A DNA stretch of 64,000 nt from Octopus vulgaris (Eukaryota): the NCBI GenBank assembly GCA_951406725.2, contig OX597836.1, positions 18,786,001-18,850,000 of the forward strand, in the 5' to 3' direction. The position numbers and the translations under genes were made by a program. The notes under the pieces were generated by a model. The model had not been told where the DNA came from, made no database searches, and saw nothing but the letters and a program-made list of their open reading frames with translations. Shown piece by piece: positions 56,347-64,000 of this stretch (position 1 is the first letter of the stretch; every line of letters begins with the position of its first letter).

Positions 56347-56703
56347 TCTATTACTTGTTTCAGTCATTTGACTGTGGTCATGCTGGAGCACCGGCTTTAG
56401 TCGCACAAATCGACCCCAGGACTTATTCTTTGCAAGCCTAGTACTTATTCTATCGGTTTCTTTTGCCGAACCGCTAAGTTACGGGACATACACACACAAA
56501 CATCGGTTGTCAAGCGACGGTGGGGGAACAAACACAGACACACAAATACATACTTATATGTATATTAGCCGAAATTTGCTATGACGATCCGGTTCCTGAC
56601 TGAAGATTAGAGGCTTCGAATGACCCGTCCGTTCTTTGTGTCGTCTCTTTGTGTTTTTTGCGTTCTTGTCCCATTTTGTATTTTTTATATATAATTTTTA
56701 TAC

Positions 56704-56773
<70 letters not shown>

Positions 56774-56774
56774 G

Positions 56775-56848
<74 letters not shown>

Positions 56849-57242
56849 TTTACGACGGACTTCTTTCAGTTTTCGCCTACCAAATCTACTCACAAGGCTT
56901 TGGCGGCCTGAGGCTATAGTAGAAGATACTTGCCCAAGGCATCACGCAGTGGAACTGAACCTGGAACTATGCGGTTGGGATGCAAGCTTCTTACCATACA
57001 TACATCCAGCCGCGCCCACCTCAGCTGCTCACCAGCCATACACGTCTATTAAACTGAATCAATCAAGCCAGCAATCATCAGTCGAATGTCATAACATATT
57101 GAAAAATATGATGAAATGAAATTGCCAAGATGGCCGCCGCCAACGCAATTTTTCGCTGCTTTGGAATTGTAAGATATTATTTGTTCGGCTGATAAGATTG
57201 AAGTTGCTGTCGTTGGCATTGGTGAGGGTGTGGGTGGTAGTG

Positions 57243-57314
<72 letters not shown>

Positions 57315-57380
57315 AATTGGTTGTCGGTGGGAGTGCTGGAGGCGGCATTGGTGGTTGCACTGGTGGTGGTGGAGATGTAC

Positions 57381-57451
<71 letters not shown>

Positions 57452-57497
57452 GGTGGTAGTAGTAGTGGTAGTAGTAGTAGTGGTAGTAGTAGTAGTG

Positions 57498-57538
<41 letters not shown>

Positions 57539-57817
57539 CCTGGTAGAATATTCTGACGTCGTCATCGTGGTAGTTTTGAGAGTGACGGTTGTAATAGATT
57601 TATAGTATCCTTGTTGTGGCGGTGGTGGAGGTAGTGAAAGGTGTTGATGGTAGGGTAGTGGTGGTCAGATGGAGAAAGAGGAAGTGTGATAGCTTTTGGC
57701 TGGTGTAATCCAAGGGAGTAAGAAAGAAGTGGGTAAGAGACAGAGAGAGGGAGAGAACGAAAACGGTAGAACACAGATTGCAAAACAAGAGTAAAAGAGG
57801 AAAAAGCCGTGGAGAGA

Positions 57818-57856
<39 letters not shown>

Positions 57857-57885
57857 TAAACAGACAGACAGACAGACAGACAGAC

Positions 57886-57960
<75 letters not shown>

Positions 57961-58733
57961 AGGGGAGAGAGAGAGAGAAATCGACAGACTGACATCTGAC
58001 AGACTGGCATACAGGCCCCTATCTCACGTTCTCATAGTTTGATACTATAAACTATATTTTAATTTTTGGGGCGGTGCCCCAGCATGGCCACAGCTCATGA
58101 GCTGAAACTAGAATCAATCAAAATAAGTATGTGTAAAATAGGTTCGCCGGACCCTACTGTACGAGCCATAATTTAATTCAAATAAAAAATTCCAAAAATA
58201 AAAATAGAAATAAAAAATAAAAACTTACAAAAAAATAAAATAAAAAATAAAGATGAAAATAAAAAATACGAATAAAAATAAAAATTTACAAAACTATGTT
58301 CTTACGTAACTTATGTCTATAAATATAAAATTGATAATATATAGGGTTAAAAATAAATATATATACTTGTGGTAATATAAAATGATATAAAATGAAACGA
58401 ATGGCAAGAAAAAATATATTCGAATCAAAATGGAAGCAATGACGAATAAATATTTTCGAATAAAAACTATAGTACGAATGACGAAATGTAAAATTTACAA
58501 ATGTTACGAATGATAGCAATTAAAAATTTAGAAAGTAAAAATAACTTCTGGGTAACGTACCTCATGAAACACATGTAGCCAAGTTATAAAGTAGTAAGTA
58601 TTTAAATTAAAATTCTTTTATATGGTGTCTCTGAAGGAAAATATATATTTTCTCATTGAGAATAATTTGAACCTCTGTTATGCCGGAATTTTTATTCCCT
58701 AACAAATAAAATTATATATATATATATATATAT

Positions 58734-59165
58734 AGGCGCAGGAGTGGCTGTGTGGTAAGTAGATTGGTTACCAACCACATTGGTTCCGGGTTCAGTCCCA
58801 CTGCGTGGCATCTTGGGCAAGTGTCTTCTGCTATAGCCCACGGGCCGACCAATGCCTTGTGAGTGGATTTGGTAGACGGAAGCTGAAAGAAGCCTGTCGT
58901 ATATATGTATATATATATATATGTATATGTGTGTGTGTGTGTGTGTGTTTGTGTGTCTGTGTTTGTCCCCCCCCCCTAGCATTGCTTGACAACCGATGCT
59001 GGTGTGTTTACGTCCCCGTCACTTAGCGGTTCGGCAAAAGAGACCGATAGAATAAGCACTGGGCTTACAAAGAATAAGTCCCGGGGTCGATTTGCTCGAC
59101 TAAAAGGCAGTGCTCCAGCATGGCCGCAGCAGTCAAATGACTGAAACAAGTAAAAGAGTAAAAGA
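58734..59165 (+). mobile_element. tRNA-headed SINE family 2 with internal microsatellite (other copies ~6109-6510, 9806-10199, 21472-21876, 56345-57015 on -, plus many fragments)
   Basis: GGAGTGGCTGTGTGG A-box, GGTTCAGTCCC B-box, CTTGGGCAAGT CORE-like block, conserved 3' tail ending GTAAAAGAG. Confidence 0.85.
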
Positions 59166-59169
59166 GAAG

Positions 59170-59231
<62 letters not shown>

Positions 59232-60822
59232 CGTATACGTATGTGTGTGTGTGTGTGTGTTGACACTTATACACGCCTATCGCAGTGTTAGATCCTTTTC
59301 GAAGTCTTTTCTTTTATTGAAGGATTTTAACAGAAGGAAATTAGAGGGTACTGCTTTTTCTTTTCTTTTCGTTTTTCGGCAGAGTAAATGTAAACTCTAT
59401 TTGAAGAAGAAACATATCTTACCATGTTGAACTGTTCTTTTTGCGCCATCTAGAAATATCGTTGCAGATATTGTAGTAGCTGCAAGAACTTTCTTAATCC
59501 TTAGTATAATAAAAATAAATAAATAAATAAATGAAATAAAATAAAGCAAAACGAAAAAGGACTATAAACAAATGCAAGCATTCCTATTCTATAGTTTATA
59601 TGAGAGAAAGGTCTTAAAATTCGGCCATTTGCAATAAAGTTTAAAGACCGTCATCTTTTACGGCCGCTCGAATTTGCAGGAAATTTTAGATCAAAGCTTC
59701 GAAATATATTGATCGAAGGATGGATTGTTCGAGGTGTCTTATTATTTCTCCGCTCTCCGCTTGATAAACTTTACGACATGATCGTCCGCCTTATCTGCGT
59801 TTATCATTCAATTTCTTTGACTTCATCTACCCTTCCAAGTTCCTTTGCTTCGTTCTTCGGCGTCCCCTCCCCCCCACCACCTTTTCGATCGATTCCTTCC
59901 CATATCTTTCATATCTCTTTCACCACTTTGTCAATCTCTCTCTCTCTCTCTTTTCTTTGTTTCACTCACTCTTTATCTATTTCTATCTCTCCGTCTTTCT
60001 CCCTCTACACTCTGTGTGTGTATGTGTGTGTGTGTGCGCGCGCGCGCGTGTTTGTAGGAAGGGAGCTGACACATTCGTTAGCAGGCAGTACAAAAGGCGG
60101 CGAGCTGGCAGAAACGTTAGCACCCCGGGCAGAATGCTTAGCGGTATTTCGTCTGTCTCCACGTTCTGAGTTCAAATTCCGCCGAGGTCGACTTTGCCTT
60201 TCATCCTTTCGAGGTCTATTAAATAACTACCAGTTACACACTGGGGTTGATGTAATCGACTTAATCCGTTTGTCCGTCTTTGTTTGTCCCTTCTGTGTTT
60301 AGCCCCTTCTGGGTAGTAAAGAAATAGGCAGGACAAAATGCTACCCGGCATTACGCCAGTGCTTAAGTCTTGAGCCTAAATTTCACCGAGGCCGACTTTG
60401 CCTTTCATCCTTTCGAGGTCGATAAAATAAATACCAGTAAAACACTGGGGCCGATGTAATCGACTTTTTCCTTCCCCCAAAATTTCAGCCCTGTGAAATT
60501 GAACCCAGAACGCAAAGAGCCGCAAGAAATGCCGTTATTCGTTTTGTCCGACAAGTTAACCATTCTACTAGCTCGCCGCCGTATATGTGTTTTTATGCAT
60601 ATGTATCTTCGTGAATGCGCATGCGTGTATCTGCTGATATAAGCATATACTATGAGCCACACACATATGAACACACCTACATGGGTGTTCATATGTGTGC
60701 CTCGTATCACAGCAATATTTCCCCATATTTTATAGTTTCAAGAGATCACATACACCCACACTAAAAGAAATTTCAGAGAAAATGTAATTCCAATGCTCTG
60801 TCTGTCTGTGTGTGTGTGTGTA

Positions 60823-60855
<33 letters not shown>

Positions 60856-60994
60856 GTGTGCGCGTGCGTGTGTGTGTGCGTGTGTGTGTGACTGTTATCT
60901 CTTTATGTATTCGTTTGCCAAATCATAGATCTATCTGCATCTTTATCTGTCTATTAATGTCTATCCCTTTCACCCTAACACACACACATACACA

Positions 60995-61043
<49 letters not shown>

Positions 61044-61169
61044 ATATACATACATATATACATTCTGTATACTTGTGTGATTCTGGTATTAGGGGTGAGA
61101 CTATTTCCTTCGACCATTGTTGTTTTGTCTTGATATACATACATATATATATGTGGAGGTGGTGTATAC

Positions 61170-61229
<60 letters not shown>

Positions 61230-61473
61230 ATATCTGATATGAGTGTGAGTGTGAACCAAAGAGTAGAGAAATATATGTACGTGTGTGTGTATGTGTATGC
61301 ATTTATACTAATATGCATATGTACAAATGCACATATGCATATATTTAACTATATGTATTTGCGTGTGCTTGTATGTGCACGTACATAAGTGTGTACATGC
61401 ATGTGTGTATACATATATATATATGCATATATAGTGAGGGGGGAATAGAAATATATAAATACACATACACACT

Positions 61474-61510
<37 letters not shown>

Positions 61511-61871
61511 TAATTGTTGTTACGTGAAATTCCGTGTTGTGAGCATAGATTTTTGTGCGAATATGTATATTTGTATAAGTGTACGCTTACCTGCGTGGCA
61601 CTCCTCTGTTTGTGTGTGTATACATACATATGCATATAAATATTCATATGTGTGTATGTATGTATACATATATATGTGGGTGGGTGTGTGGGTGTGAGAT
61701 AGATAAACATGGCGGTATACAGTGCGGGTGAAGAAGGCGATGTTGACCTTTCCACTGACCATCGAACACAATCGATAATAAATGATAACATATGATCGCA
61801 CAAACTTCGACCTGTTTACTATTCATTCATTCACTTACTTTTTTTTTTCATATCAATAACACTTTACAATC

Positions 61872-61923
<52 letters not shown>

Positions 61924-62296
61924 TGTGTTTGACTTTTGCTTTACATTTGCACAAGCTGGCTCCAAGTCTCACCCAGAGACCTAAAGAGGCAACAAGCTGG
62001 AAGTTCGTGTTGGTGTTATGCCTAGGGTGCCATATATTTGGTTTTGTACTTAGTGTTGTACTAGTGAATGTCTAAAAAAAACCATACGAAAATTATGTTT
62101 GTTTTAAAACTTGAGATTACTTAGAATTATTATTATTATTATTATTACTTTTTTTTCTTCTTTCAAATTTGCTTCCATTTCTTTCCGAGTGTCTTCCCGA
62201 CTCCTAGGGCAAAGAAACTCATAGTATACATTGGTAGGCCATTAAACCAAACTCAATAGTTCGTTCATTTAAAAAAAATTATTTTTTTTGTTAATA

Positions 62297-62357
<61 letters not shown>

Positions 62358-62567
62358 TACTACTACTTTTATTTTGTCTCCTATATAAAAATTTAATTTT
62401 TATTACGTTTTTGTGTCTGTGGGTGTGCGTGTGTGTGTACGTATTTGTGTACCTGCTTTTTTCTTAATCTCATATATCGCAGTTGTAATTTATATTCACA
62501 AAAATATTGAGAGAGATGGTGTTGATTGACCTTAGTCTATTGGAGAGTGTAACGATTCTACTAATCT

Positions 62568-62664
<97 letters not shown>

Positions 62665-62742
62665 TTCTTTACTACCCACAAGGGGCTAAACGCAGAGGGA
62701 ACAAACAAGGACAGACAAAGGGATTAAGCAAACACAGACGAA

Positions 62743-62906
<164 letters not shown>

Positions 62907-62919
62907 GTTGGTAGGTAGG

Positions 62920-62994
<75 letters not shown>

Positions 62995-63099
62995 CGAACA
63001 TGGGTAGACAGAAATACGGCTACGCATTTCGCCCGGCGTGCTAACGTTTCTGCTAGCTCGCCGCCTTGTGAGAAGAAAATACCATTAGAAAGAATTAAC

Positions 63100-63700
63100 G
63101 GTTATAAATGAAGGAATTACAAAAACTGCATTAGAAAAGTATATTAAAGCAAACATTTTAAAGATTTCAGTAAAATAACACAAAAATGAAATCTAGTGAA
63201 GTGGAATGGAAAGATGGCGATATTTATTAGATAAAATCAGAAAAAATCAGGTTATTTTAACCAATATTGAGACAAAAGTCATAAGAATAGATATGTCTGA
63301 TATTTCTAAAAGTTTAAATTCTAGTGTGAAATATCTGTGAACAGCATTTATCTACTTGAGAGTCTTTGACGCCAAATTCCACTTAGGGTAAATATAACTC
63401 CGAGGGGTTTCCAAAAAGATCGAAAAAATTCAAAGTAGTTTAAAAATAACGAAGAATTTTCTGTGTCACAAAATTCCACTAATAAAACTGCAGAATTACG
63501 ATCAGTACCAATATTGTCCTTATAGGAAACCTCATAAAATGTTGGTATATATTAATAAATTGTCTAACTACAAGCTGACACACGCACTCTTAAAGAATAT
63601 AGTCAATATCATTAATCGCATTTCTCGAGAGATGAAGGAATTTTATTCATACAGCTCTGTAGTATAAGAAAGCTGTAAAAGAGTAGGGATCTTTTCTAAG
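63100..63700 (+). mobile_element. Highly decayed Penelope-like RT fragment
   Basis: YCPYRKPHKMLVYINKLSN...LLKNIVNIINRIS thumb-like motif; upstream ICE and IYLLESL. Confidence 0.5.
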
Positions 63701-64000
63701 AAATACAGTATATATTATTCAGTATATATGTGAAGGTGCATGGCTCAGTGGTTAAGGCGTCGAGATCACAATCATGAAATAGTGAGTTCGATTCCCGGGC
63801 CGGGCTGTGTGCTATGTTCTTGCGCAAAACACTTTATTTCACGTTGCTCCAGTTCACTCAGCTGTAGAAATGAGTGCGACGTCACTAGTGCCAAGCCAAG
63901 CCAAACTGTATCGGCCTTTGCCTTTCCCTTGGATAACATCGGTGGCCTGGAGAAGGTAGGCTGGTATGCATGGGCAACTGCTGGTCTTCCATAAACAATC

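Noticed and set aside
56565-56690. Insert containing CTGAAGA inside a SINE
   Set aside because: GAAA and the stems could not be assigned; probably another repeat end, not callable as a ribozyme.
57049-57605. Poly-Q, poly-A and poly-T ORFs
   Set aside because: (CTG)n and (GTA)n microsatellites with no unique coding sequence.

Overview
AT-rich, microsatellite-saturated animal genomic DNA. The repeat families look like octopus/coleoid cephalopod, recognised by eye and not by database search. One host gene is visible: seven + strand coding exons (3679-41365, about 307 aa joined in frame, all GT-AG) of a SCY1-like 2 (SCYL2-type) pseudokinase/HEAT protein whose start and end lie outside the window. 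The rest is intronic: four tRNA-headed SINE families, fragments of R4/Dong-like, L1/Tx1-like, RTE-like and CR1/L2-like LINEs, a dead Tc1 transposase, and several Penelope-like (PLE) RT/GIY-YIG remnants. The most notable unannotated signal is about 11 type I hammerhead-ribozyme (HHR) folds of at least six unrelated sequence families, plus decayed remnants. They sit in 200-500 bp units mostly abutting (TA)n tracts, several with the tandem/inverted repeat layout of PLE pseudo-LTRs. One multi-copy ~200 bp family carries a fixed core variant (CUGUNGA-A instead of CUGANGA). All folds were derived by hand; no activity is demonstrated.
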